NCBI RefSeq assembly: GCF_006345805.1
Contig: NC_043007.1
Location: forward strand, 3,534,001 to 3,598,000
Source of the DNA: Octopus sinensis
Taxonomy: Eukaryota
DNA length: 64,000 nt
Direction: 5' to 3'
Part shown: piece by piece, positions 49,911 to 62,479 of the stretch
How positions within the stretch are numbered: the first letter of the stretch is position 1
Layout: each line of letters opens with the position of its first letter
The notes under the pieces: generated by a model
What the model saw: only the letters and a program-made list of their open reading frames with translations
Told to the model about the DNA's origin: nothing
Databases searched by the model: none
Translations under genes and position numbers: made by a program

Positions 49911-51089
49911 ATTTTAAGATACAACCTATCAACAATGATTTCTGGCTTAAAATAAGGTTCCATATTTTGGCAAGAAGGATTATGTTGGTTTAATCGAACC
50001 CAATATGTCACTGGTTTCTTATTTCATCGTGCAAGAAATGGTAAACAATGAAGCCAGCCTTGGCCACATTTAAACTTAGAACGTGTAAGGCATCTTATCC
50101 GGTATCTTAACGATTCTTCTATCCATCATTTTACAAACTAAATAAACACACATCGATTACATAATACTGCCTGTGCGGTAATGGCATTTATTAGAAAATA
50201 GTTTGAGTACAACCACCGAGAGCCAATTCAGTTAGTTACGGAGACTGCACACTGCTTTTGACGAATTACAAATCATGAGTTTTTTTTACTTCTAGTCTGA
50301 CATTTTATCAACCAGACGATTTGAAGATCTCAAGGCTAAAAGAACAAAGTAAAAAAAAGGAAAACGAAAAAAAAATGGGTCATTTTAGCTATATTGCTCA
50401 TGTAAAACATACAAAACTTCAAAGTCAGCTTTTTATTTTCGTCGTGCGACTGTACCATGATCATTGAAACAGTTCCACGACAATTGATGGAAATTTAAAG
50501 ACATGATTTTTTTTTTCTCTTTTTTTCTACCCTGTTGAACTTACAGTTAAATTGTTGCATGTCTGTAATATGAACTTTTTGACATCGTTCATCGATTGGT
50601 CTCTGGTCTTTTGTACGCATATAAAATTTTCAACGAACATAAGTTTCACACTTCAAGAAATAAATGTGAATTTAACAGCTTTGTGTGTGTTTTTAAGTGG
50701 TTTAAATAGCTCTTTCAGTATGTAATTACTTTAGTTTCAACACACAGTCACAGGTGAAGCCAGGTCACTGAAAAGAGAGTGTAAGATCCAGGAAAAAATG
50801 TCGAAAGAAAAATATGTTCAAGAAGACGGAAGTTAGAAAGCAAACGAGAAAGATGGGGAGATAGAAAGAAAGAGGCAGGGACAGACAGACAGACTCGGGT
50901 AGACGGAAAGCGTAAGGAAAAGGTAGAGTTAGTAAGAGATAGATTTAACGAATAACAAAGTAAAATGGAGAAACTTGGAAGAATTTAGAGTGAGATAGAA
51001 TGCAATGGAGAGTGGGGGAAAGGAAGGAAGAAAACAAAGAAAGCAAATGAGAAAACCAGCTCTAAGTTTTGTGAAGCAGTCTACCATGA

Positions 51090-51124
51090 CGGAGGAGGAG
51101 GAAGAGGAAAAGGAAGAGGAAGAG

Positions 51125-51165
<41 letters not shown>

Positions 51166-51360
51166 GGAATATGATGATGATGAGGAGGAGGAGGAGGAAG
51201 AGGAGGAGGGGAGGAGGAGGGGGAGGAGGGGAGGAGGAGGAGGGAGGAGGAGGAGGAAGAAGATGATCAGGAGGAGGAAGAGGAAGGGGAGGAGGAGGGG
51301 AGGAGGAAGGGGAAGGGGAGGAGGAGGAGGAGAGGAGGGGGAGGAGGAAGAAGTGAAAGA
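51090..51360. repeat. Polypurine (GAG/GAA/GGA)n tract
   Basis: Read directly; gives rise to the spurious poly-Glu/Arg ORF 51005-51373. Confidence 0.9.
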
Positions 51361-51778
51361 TGAGGACAGCTAGAAGCATTGTTCAGCCTTATTAGATATC
51401 ATCAATGAAGCAGGGTCTTCTCAAATCTATTTTGATCAGTGGACATATATATTTACGAATAGAAATATTGTTACGAAGACATTTTGGATTTTTTTCCAAA
51501 ACGGCGAGAAAGTGCCACTAGGTAGTGATTTACTTACTCTTAATAGAAAGGAAAGTTTTATTTCATTTAGATTAGTACATCAATAGTCATTAGTACATCA
51601 ATACCGACCTAAATTACTTAAATTCTTGCCAGTGTTCCATTTGAATTTTTTTTATTTATTTGTGCCCGCCGGTACACACACACACATATTTACATATATG
51701 TGTGTAACTAATATATATACGGGAGGGTACACTTATATATGTATATAAGTGTACATATAAGTATGTATGTATGTATAC

Positions 51779-51814
<36 letters not shown>

Positions 51815-51928
51815 ATGTGTGTGTGAATATATGTGTATGTGTGTGTATGTACGTGTGCATACATTCAATTATATATCTATACACATACGCATATATATTA
51901 ATATATTAATGTATGTGTGCATATATAT

Positions 51929-51990
<62 letters not shown>

Positions 51991-52014
51991 ATATATATAT
52001 ATTATGTATATATA

Positions 52015-52050
<36 letters not shown>

Positions 52051-52745
52051 TGTATGTATATGTATATCAAGATTAATCAGCCGAAATTGCGAAGATGATC
52101 TGGTTCTTGACTGATGACTGAGGGCTTCGAAAGTCCCGTCCGTGTTTTTTGTGTCGTCTTCTAAATGTTTCACGTTCTTGTCCCAGTTTGTATATTTTTT
52201 TACTTTTACATATATATATATATATATAGGCCGAAGATGGAATATACGAGAATTTATTATTGTCATTTATTTTTTAAATCGACGGGAAAGTGCCACTAGG
52301 TTGTTGTTTACTTATTCTCAATAAAAATGCAAATTTTATTTCATTTAGAATGTTCTGTTACGTAATTAGTACACTAATACCGACCTAAATTAATTATATA
52401 TTAATTATTTATCCAGTATGCTATCAGGTGTAAACCATTCGTTTTATTATCCATTTTATATATATGAAACTGTCAAAAGCGAAATCGCTACGTTTTTGGT
52501 TATGTTTTGAAGTATTTGTAGAAATCTTGTCTTTGCTTCAGTGAATTTCTGTATGAAAAGGACAAAAAGAGGAGCGGTTATTTAGTGGTGTTGTTTTGGG
52601 TTTTTTTTTTAGTTATTTTGTGTGTTTTTTATTAAAGTGCATTTGACTGTAATGATACAAAGATAGAATAGAAACAAATTAGATATAAATAAGAACAGAA
52701 GAAAAGGAAGGTAGGGAGGATGGAAGGAAGGAAGGAAGGAAGGAA

Positions 52746-52779
<34 letters not shown>

Positions 52780-52803
52780 AGGAAAGAAGGAAGGAGGGAA
52801 GGA

Positions 52804-52839
<36 letters not shown>

Positions 52840-53542
52840 AAAAAAGAAATCTTGTAAATCGTGGTGGAATGGTTTCTGAGACGTTTGACCTCTCCTTGCT
52901 ATATTTGGAGTATTTGTGATTTGGTTTTTTACTTTTTAAAGCAAACATCATAAGTACTCGCAGTGTTGTTGTGTGAGAAATGACTTTATAATATGAGGCT
53001 TAAAAGATAAAAACCGGTTATTAAATGGTATTAATAAAATAGACATTGAAAATTTATATTTTATTAAATGCGTGACTTTCAAGATAAGAAACGTTATTCT
53101 GATGGTATTAAATATTTTTAGCGTTTTATTGAAAATAAAATGATTTAAATATAGATGGCATTATAATTGATATGGATAGTAAATGGGGAGGGAAACCATT
53201 TTAGAGGGGTAAATCCAACTGGTAACTAATTGGACAGGAAATTTAAGGTCAATCTAGGTTTTCGTTTGTCTCATTAGAATTAAAACTACGTTCAGATAAT
53301 GAATTCCATTTTATCAGCCTTCAGGGCTTATTTCAAAATCCCTCGAATGCAGCCGAACGCGGTATGCTCGTCTCTTTCGTATAAGTCACGTGAGTAAATG
53401 ATTACGTTGATAGCTTCTAATTTTAGCCGTGTCTTTCATTTGTTTCAAGTATTGGACTGCGGCCATGTTGGGGCACCGATTTGGCGGGTTTGGCACAGCA
53501 CCAGCAATTTCGAGGCTAAGTCAAATTCATCGGTGCACAAAT

Positions 53543-53661
53543 GGTGACGATGAAAGGTAAAGTCGACCGCGGCGAAATTTGAACTCAGGACGTAAAGACG
53601 GACGAAATGCCGAAATGCATTTTTGCCCAGCGTGCGAACGATCCTGCGAGCTCACCGCCTT
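53543..53661 (-). mobile_element. SINE family B 5' portion
   Basis: Reverse complement of AAGGCGGTGAGCTCGCAGG…CTGAGTTCAAATTTCGCCGCGGTCGACTTTACCTTTCATC. Confidence 0.7.
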
Positions 53662-53689
53662 CCAGATATCAAATAATAAAAAAAATAAA

Positions 53690-53932
53690 TGCGCCCTTTT
53701 AAAGCCTAGCCAGGCTCATGGGCGGGATATCCCGGTTTCTATGGCGTATGTGTTCCCCAGCTGGATAGGATGCCAGTCCATGCAGCGTTACTCATTTTTG
53801 CCAGCTGAGTGGACTGGAGCAACGTGAAATCAAGTGTTTTGCTCAAGAACACAACGCGTCGCCCGGTCCAGGAATCGAAACCACAATCTTACGATCATGA
53901 TGCTGACACCCTAACCACTAAGCCACACGCCT
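53690..53932 (-). mobile_element. tRNA-derived SINE, family F (full length)
   Basis: D-like head and central block but a distinct tail (…ATGGACTGGCATCCTATCCAGCTGGGG…GGCTTTAAAAGGGCGC). Confidence 0.85.
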
Positions 53933-54177
53933 ACACCCAGATATCACTTATTAATTATTAATTAAATATATGAAGCATCGAATGTTAATCATAAATATGA
54001 GTGTAAATAAGTATTAACATTGGTCAGCCTAGATGTCCCCAATGTGTCTTTCATTTCGTATCTTAAAATAAAATTCACTCAGACTGACACCAAGAAAAAA
54101 CACATTAAGATATATCCACGCTTGAAGAAGCAAGATAGCAACATGACGATACGATGTTGTATTCTTTAACACCAAAG

Positions 54178-54302
54178 AAGTCGATTTTGCCTTTCATCCT
54201 TTCAGGGTCGATAAGTTAAGTACCAGTTGCGTACTGGGGTCGATCTAATCGACTGGTTCCCTCCCCAAAAATTTCAGGCCTTGTGCCTAGAATAGAAAAT
54301 AT
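54178..54302 (+). mobile_element. SINE family B, 5'-truncated, short tail
   Basis: Core plus the tail GACTGGTTCCCTCCCCAAAAATTTCAGGCCTTGTGCCTAGAATAGAAAA, as in tetramer unit 4. Confidence 0.8.
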
Positions 54303-55178
54303 TCTTTAACAACATAAGACATCATTATTCGACAGTAATTATTTTATTACTAACTTCATTGACCCCAATAGATAGATATATCATACCCTTTGCGAGGTGA
54401 AAGACCCTAGATTATTGAATTAATAATATTACACAAAATAAAGTTAAATATATATTCGCGTGAAGTCATATTTACCACGCTCAAGTGCATTCGGATGTAT
54501 GAAGACCTTTCGCTGCAGAACTAGTCCCGAGAAGAAATTTCCAACCTTGGGCTGTGGATGATGTAATTGGATCGTAGGATACATGCGTATGCTACTGTGT
54601 CTTTTAGCTTTGTCAGCTACGAAAACCAAATCCGTCATTCACAGTCTGACAAGAACGAAACCATTCTTACAAAAATAGAATACAGTACGTATGCTAATGT
54701 GCATAAAGCTTATTCAAACCAGAATTAAATAATGCCACATGAAGCAGTGTTGAATAAACTTGTGTTAAGTCCCATTCAACACGTTCGTGTTTATTCGGAT
54801 GTGAGAATACGTAACTGACGAAGGGAAAAGACGCAGTCTTCAATCCAGTGACTTCGTTCACAGTCCAAAATGTGTTTTGACATATGTCTAAGAAGAGAAT
54901 TTCCCCTCGTGGCTACTCCCACAGAAACAATACTTATAATAACATAAACTTTGAGAATGATAGATAAACAATCAGATAAATACATAACAAAAGCCCAGGA
55001 CGAACAAATATGCACAACATACAGATACTGGCACTGTCAGGAACGGCGTATTTGTTGTCGCTTTGAGCACTTTCCTTACCGTAAAAACAACAAAATCATT
55101 TCTAAATACTGCACACACTCAAAAGACTCAGAGCTGAATCAGTTGTTCAGTGAAAACACGCAATGCAATGAAGATTAT

Positions 55179-55237
<59 letters not shown>

Positions 55238-55373
55238 TATTATTATTATTATTATATTATTATTATTATATTATTATTATTATTATTTATTATATTATAC
55301 TCCCAATTTCGTACAAGCAAACATAATCACGGTCTCTCTTTTTCTCCCCCATCCTATCTCTCTATTACTTCCA

Positions 55374-55411
<38 letters not shown>

Positions 55412-55452
55412 ACAATTCTATTTCACTCACTCATACTCTCTCTCTCTCTCTC

Positions 55453-55491
<39 letters not shown>

Positions 55492-55510
55492 CTCTCCCTC
55501 GTCTCTCTCA

Positions 55511-55568
<58 letters not shown>

Positions 55569-55670
55569 CTTTTCGTCGTTAACGCAATAAAACTTTCATG
55601 ATTCAATTTAGCCGACGGTAATTTAATGAAGTTTTGATAGTAAACAGCAGTAGAAGAAGAAGAAAACGAA

Positions 55671-55735
<65 letters not shown>

Positions 55736-56239
55736 AGAAGAAGAAGAAGAAGAACAAGAAGAAGAACAAGAAGAACAACAACAACAACAACAACAAGTGG
55801 TAGCAATTGTAGCTTTTGTTGATGCTTTTGTCATTATTCTAGTTATTGTTGTTGTTGTTGTTGCTTCCTGTGTCTTTTTCCCCCTCTTTGATCCCTTGAA
55901 CTGTTTAACTGAATAAAAAATTCATAAAACTTGGTGAAAATGGATTGTTGCGTCGAAAATGTGTCATTTTTTGTGATTTGTTTGTTTTTGTTTTTAATGG
56001 CTTAACCAGACGAAGAAGAACAACGCCATTGGGCTGATGGAAGGAAATAGAAGCCGTGTTCACGGAGATAGGGGTGTGTTTTAATGGTGAACGGGTAAGG
56101 TATTGTCGTGCAAAAGATGTGGTCTGTGCAAACGGGTGGTTCCCGTTAGGATTGTGCAGTAAGGGTCCTGGGTTGGTATTTAAGATGGCATCCGGCGAAT
56201 TTCTCTACAGCGATTCAACTACAGCAAAAATATCTATGG

Positions 56240-56619
56240 ATACAATTCATCTACAACCACACACACACGTACACACATACACACACACATACACGTACAT
56301 GCAACCACACACACATACATATAACCACATGCGCACACTCACACGCATACAACCACGCACGCACACATACAGACAACCACGCACACACATACAACCACAC
56401 ACATACAACCACACACATACAACCACACACTCACACACACATGCAACCACACTCAAATACATATAACCACGCACGCATACATATAACCACACACACACAC
56501 TCACACAGATACAACCACACACACACATACATACAACCACACACACATACAACCACACATACATACAATCACACACTCATACATTCAACCACACACACAC
56601 ACACGCACGCACACACGCG

Positions 56620-56667
<48 letters not shown>

Positions 56668-56670
56668 ACA
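56240..56670. repeat. Compound minisatellite TACAACCAC(AC)n, ~20 units
   Basis: Recurrent ACAACCAC punctuation of a CA tract every ~14-20 bp. Confidence 0.8.
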
Positions 56671-56899
56671 AACCAGACATAGATAAATTGTTGTAGACGA
56701 ATTCACCCAGAACCATTGTAAGCGTTGTATTGTGAGAAGATAATTGTTTTAACCCGAAATCAGTCCTAATCAAAAAGACAGACAATCAAAAAACGTATTC
56801 AGCGCTTACTTTTAATGAAGAGTTCTTCCTTTTGTTTTTATCTTTCTTTAGCGTGTTATGAGATTTTGGCTGCAAAGAGACAGGATTCTTTATGTCAAG

Positions 56900-57440
56900 A
56901 CTATTGTAAGAAGCGTGGGTTGTGATGAAAGGCTTCTATTGTTTACGATCGAGGGAACGACGGTGAGGTAAGACGATGTGGGCTGTGCTGTAGGAAGTCA
57001 AGAGTGGGATGTGAGGAAACTGAATTGTCATCTAAACGTTTTATGATGTAAGATTTTATCTTAGGAAGACGCGGTTGTGATATAAAGAGAAAAAGCATCA
57101 GGAATGTGATCTAAGAATACGTGTTGCGTCGTAAGAAAACATTGGAACCCTGTCTCCGTACAGATCAACACTTATATCACAATAATGTACGGAGACAGAG
57201 GTGTGTTGTAAAACATTTTTTTCCGTATTCCAGTTTTTTGAAGACATGTAGTTGTGGTTTAAGGATGCAGGGATGTGATGTCAAAAAAAAACGGAACTGT
57301 GATGCAAGGTCTGTGATAAAAGAAGACAAGGTGTGATGTAAGTGTTTCAGGTAAGATCATGATGTAAGAAAAAGGCAGTTATGATATAAAGAGTCAGGGT
57401 TGCATTGAAAAGGATCAGGATTGAGATGAAAAGAGGCAAT
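56900..57440. repeat. Highly degenerate ~21-bp satellite (consensus near TTGTGATGTAAGAAGACAGGG)
   Basis: Recurrent TGTGATGTAAG / TATGATATAAAG motifs; the period is clearest at 57340-57440; related tract at 58720-59050. Confidence 0.6.
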
Positions 57441-57448
57441 GTCGGGTT

Positions 57449-57834
57449 ACTCTCTTTACTCTTTGCTTGTTTCAGTCATTTGACAGCGGCCATACTGGAG
57501 CACCGCCTTTAGTCGAGCAAATCGACCCCAGGACTTATTCTTTGTAAGCCTAGTACTTATTCTATCGGTCTCTTTTGCCGAACCGCTAAGTTACACGTAC
57601 AAACACACCAGCATCGTTGGGGGGGGGGGACAACACACACACACACATATATATAAATACATATATACGACGGGCTTCTTTTCAGTTTCCGTTTACCAAA
57701 TCCACTCACAAAGCTTTGGTCGGCCCGAGGCTATAGCAGAAGACACACTTGCCCAAGGTGCCGCGCAGTGGGACTGAACCCAGAACCATGTGGCTGGTAA
57801 GCAAGCTGCTTACCACACAGCCACTCCTGCGCCT
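57449..57834 (-). mobile_element. SINE family A
   Basis: Reverse-complement copy. Confidence 0.9.
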
Positions 57835-58075
57835 CTCCTGTTGTCAGAGATGTTTCCGTAATACAAGTTATCTTAGTAAAAAAGCCAGTTTTCTAAGTAA
57901 TCACAGTTCTAATACCGCTCCATCCAGTACAATTCCATTCAGTACAACTCTATCGAGTAATTCTTACGATGCAAGAACCGAAATGGCGTTTAAGTCCGCA
58001 AAAAGGTTTCGATTCCTGACAATAGCTTTATTCATGTTGCCGTTGTTTTCGAAAATTGAATCTTATGACATCATA

Positions 58076-58140
<65 letters not shown>

Positions 58141-59469
58141 TCTCTCTCTCCTATAAACATGGAAGTGGAAGCTCGACATTGCTTCCCAACTCGTTATACG
58201 TAATTATTGTGAAGAAATGTTACAGAGAAATTAGAATTTGTGGCAAGTATGCATTTCTTGTAAGCATGAATACTACAGAGTGCTAACATGAAGATACTTC
58301 CAAACTTGCTTTGAGTTGATAGGTTTGAACATCCGCCGATAGAGATCTCTTGTTATAAAACTGTTAATTATATAACTTGGAGATTATATAAAATATGATT
58401 AATTATAAAGTGAATTATTGCAGAGATTTCTCAGCACATTCCTTAGATAAATCAATTATGTTATCAGTATTATTGGATATTAGAATGAGGCTGGTAAATC
58501 CATTCTAATATCGGTTTTCTGCATAATCTAGAGATCTAAACTGAAATCGCTTAATCAGACGATGAAGAGCAGGAACGAGGGTTGATGGAGGAAGAAGAGA
58601 GAGTGGTGAAGGAGAGAGGGGTGCGTTTTAATGGTTACGATGTATTGGGAATGAAAGGATATCGTGCAAGGAAATTGGTTTTAAGGGTTGTGCTCTAATA
58701 ATCATGAGGGCAGCGGCAAGGATTGTGATGTAAGAAGATGGTTGTTATTATTTCTTCCCAGGTCAGTTTTCATTGAACAGATCCACAATCAAAGGCGTTC
58801 CAGTCGGGATCTTCTCGTCTTATTTGTTTTTGGGTATAATGCATCTAGTACTACATTCATTGAAGTGATCTTTGAGGTAGTATGGTGTGATTTGATGAAG
58901 ATTTGGCTGCAAGAAGACTAGGTTTTTATATAAAGACCTCAACGTGAGATCTGTGGGTTGTGATGACAGGATTGTGTTGTAAAAAGCGATAGGAGGATCG
59001 TGTTGTAAGGAAATCGGGTAGTGTTTTAAGGAGACAGGATTGTTATGTATGCTGTCAACTAACGAAGATTGATTTAAAGCATACATTTATGATCAGTGGA
59101 ACTGAGACTTAATATCTTATGATTTCTAATTACTCTTATCAAACCACGTGTTATCATTAACGGCAAATCGAGTGAATTGATATTTTGCATCCAATCACAG
59201 TACCAAAACAGGTTCATTTTCAATGACTCGGTGAACTTAGCTGTGTCTTAGGTGCTATAGGACGATACCGCTTACTACACGTTTTATGCTCACCCGCAGA
59301 GTGCTGGGATCAAACCCTTTCGTTCATCTAGAAAAACGCAATTGGAAATTGTCTCCGGTGTATTGTTGCTTGGAATCAGTAGGATTACCAAAAGTTTTAT
59401 CTCCAAGAAACATTTTCAACGATATTCACTGGAAAAATAATCAGAAAGATCGCAGCAAGGATGAATTAG

Positions 59470-59878
59470 GTCATTTGCCTGTGGTCATGCTGGAGCACCA
59501 CCCTTAGTCGAGCGAATCGCCCCCAGGACTTATTCTTTGTAAGCCTAGTACATATTCTATCGGCCTCTTTTGCCGAACCGCTAAGTTACGGGGACGTAAA
59601 CACACCAGCATCGGTTGTCAAGCAATGTTGTGGGGGGACAAACACAGACACAGAAACACACACACATGTGTATATATATATATATATATATAATATATAT
59701 ATATATACATATATACGACGGGCTTCTTTCGGTTTCCGTCTACAAAATCTACTCACAAGTCTTTGGTCGGCCCGAGGCTATAGTAGAAGACACTTGCCCA
59801 AAGTGCTACGCAGTGGGACTGAACCCGGAACCATGTGGTTCGTAAGCAAGCTACTTACCACACAGCAACTCCTACTCC
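59470..59878 (-). mobile_element. SINE family A
   Basis: Reverse-complement copy with a degraded 3' end. Confidence 0.85.
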
Positions 59879-60529
59879 TATATTGATGAATGTTCAAAAC
59901 TACTCACTAGCAGATACTAGTCGCTTATATTTGACAAAAAGTAGATAAAAGTAGTTCAGACATTAAAAGAATACACTTCTAAAGGGAATGGCATTCACCA
60001 TCCACCATTAATTCTCTTCGCACTTTCGTCCTGTTCCTTCAAAAACATTTAAAAAATTTATTTATAAAGATAACAATAGCAAACCAGTATTTTTTTAGTC
60101 ATTAATATCATTTGTTTAGTCCAATGCACAAAAAATATAATCGATAAAGTCTAATTTTATTTTTCGTGATAGTATATTTATATGCTGGATTCCAACAGCT
60201 AGTCTCTGGCAAAAGAAAAATATACAAAGAATCTATGAACAAAACGAGGGTCTCCGACATTTTAGAAATTAATCAAATCATCAAATTACAAATATTAGTC
60301 TGTTGTTACTATAAACACTGAGGTTTCGCGTTGGCATCAATATGTAAAGTTGTATAGTACGCCCCCCCCCCCCAACACTCGTGACTTATTTTTGTGTAAT
60401 TGTACATTGTAAACAGTAAAATATGTCAAAACGAATTTGCATTTGCGTCAGTACGATTCTTGCTATGGCATAAAATACCAATTCCATTCTATTATATCAA
60501 TTTATGATCTTATCACTTTGCTCCTATCT

Positions 60530-60530
<1 letters not shown>

Positions 60531-60579
<49 letters not shown>

Positions 60580-60580
60580 C

Positions 60581-60644
<64 letters not shown>

Positions 60645-60806
60645 GATGCCCTGATGTAGTACCAGACAGTGGCTCTCATGGCTTCTGATCTTAACTGATT
60701 GGAAGTTTTATTAATGTACATTGTTTTGTCTTGTTATAAAAGATGGGCTACAGCAAATATTCTGCTCAATACCACAGATTTGCTTGTCAGTTGTCTGATC
60801 TTAGCC
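60531..60806 (-). mobile_element. (AAT)n tract plus adjoining interspersed-repeat end, probably a non-LTR element 3' end with an (ATT)n tail
   Basis: (AAT)n 60531-60643 is fused to GATGCCCTGATGTAGTACCAGACAGTGGCTCTCATGGC…, recalled as a common (TAA)n-associated octopus repeat; the clade was not established. Confidence 0.45.
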
Positions 60807-61711
60807 ATATTTCGATAAAATTAAACCTTATTTCGATAAAATAAAACTAGGTATGCACTGAGGTCCATAGCAGGCTTTGAGCCTAAATTTAAGTTGAAAT
60901 TATTTACATGTTACACTACAAACCTTGAATCTTTTCGCCGGAAGTTGTTGACAAACAACAGCAGTAATTTTATTCAGCTGAATACACGCCATTGATTTGT
61001 TGAAATTACCGAAATACGACAACTTTAACAGGAAATAACTTTGAAAATAGAAACTTTTCTCAACAACTCTAAGAGTAAAAGATGTTTTCTATGACGCATT
61101 CTACCAGTGTCCGAAGTTTGAAAGTGTTTAGTTACAAAAAATTAATTTCTCGCTCCCAAACACCTTACAAAATATTTAAGAACTGAAGCATTAATCTTTC
61201 TCGTCTGACCTAACTAAAACAGTAGGTCTTCTCATTAAGATGCAAATTAAAGTTTCTGAACATCTTTAAAAAATGTATCTTGGAGCTCGTTTGGTGCTTC
61301 GATATTTGATGTATTTTAACTAACTGGTTAATTAATGCATTGTAAGAATTTAATTAATGTTGCTCAATCAAACCATGTGCATACATATGAATTTGTAAAC
61401 TTAAGGCTGCATTATTTTTCTCGGTTCAGATACCCCTCCGTCGGTTCCTACGTACTTGATAAGGTATAAAAAAAAGTCTTCCTCACTCGTACTCTAATCG
61501 CTTGATCTGCAAAAAACAACAACCAAATCATTCCGAAATCACAAACTCTGTCGCCTTAAGAAAGGGAAGAAAGTATACAAAGATCATAGAGTCATAGGTA
61601 CACTATGCCACTTAAAAAAATAGTATAGTATGGTCTAGAATTTCTGTGGCTATAGATAAGTCTGTTTCACCAAGGCTGACCTAGTATTAAACAACAACAA
61701 CATCAACACAA

Positions 61712-62479
61712 GCAACTGCATCGTGGAATGTGTTTATAAGCCATTTAAAAATAAACAAAAACCGTTAAATTCACTTCAACATTTAAACTTAATTTGTCAA
61801 AATGTTTTCGTCGCTTTGAGCCCGCGACCTGTTCACTGACAAAATTCCAATCTGCACCTCAGTGGACAGGTCGCGGTTTCAAAGCGACGAAAATATTTTG
61901 ACAAATAGAATTTAAATGTTGAAATGAATCTAACGGTATTTGTGTGTAAGGCGGCGAGCTGGCAGAAACGTTAGCACGCCGGGCGAAATGCTTAGCGGTA
62001 TTTCGTCTGCGTTACGTTGTGAGTTCAAATTCCGCCGAGGTCGACTTTGCCTTTCATCCTTTCGGGGTCGATAAATTAAGTACCAGTTACGCATTGGGGT
62101 CGATGTAATCGACTTAATACCTATGTCTGTCCTTGTTTGTCCCCTCTGTGTTTAGCCCTTTGTGGGTAATAAAGAAATAGAAATAGGTATTTCGTCTGCG
62201 TTACGTTGAGAGTTCAAATTCCGCCGAGGTCGACTTTGCCTTTCATCCTTTCGGGGTCGATAAATTAAGTACCAGTTACGCACTGGGGTCGATGTAATCG
62301 ACTTAATACCTATGTCTGTCCTTGTTTGTCCCCTCTGTGTTTAGCCCCTTGTGGGTAATAAAGAAATGGGTATTTGTGTGTTTTTAAAAGGCTTGTAAAC
62401 ATCTTCCATGCTGCAATTGCTTTTGTTTCAGCACACGATCTCAGATCAGGTCACTTACTATGCAAGTACATCTCCGTAA
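61712..62479. mobile_element. Foldback MITE with ~128-bp inverted arms and a 19-bp spacer, interrupted by a SINE B dimer
   Basis: 61712-61839 is the reverse complement of 61859-61947 plus 62382-62420 with few mismatches; the right side may extend to …CTCCG|TA at ~62478. Confidence 0.8.
61948..62368 (+). mobile_element. SINE family B head-to-tail dimer with a single 13-bp TSD
   Basis: GGTATTTGTGTGT at 61935-61947 and 62369-62381; junction AAAGAAATAGAAATAGGTATTTCG at ~62171-62194. Confidence 0.9.

Noticed and set aside
51005-51373. Acidic/basic poly-Glu/Arg protein
   Set aside because: Translation of a polypurine simple repeat, with no splice or compositional support.
52110-52140. CTGATGA…CGAAA hammerhead-like motif
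   Set aside because: The intervening bases cannot form stem II; similar partial motifs at 28378 and 31264 also fail.
57984-58080. Signal-peptide-like MAFKSAKRFRFLTIALFMLPLFSKIES on the plus strand
   Set aside because: The frame runs into (CT)n with no splice donor, and the upstream part of the ORF is antisense SINE; compatible with chance.
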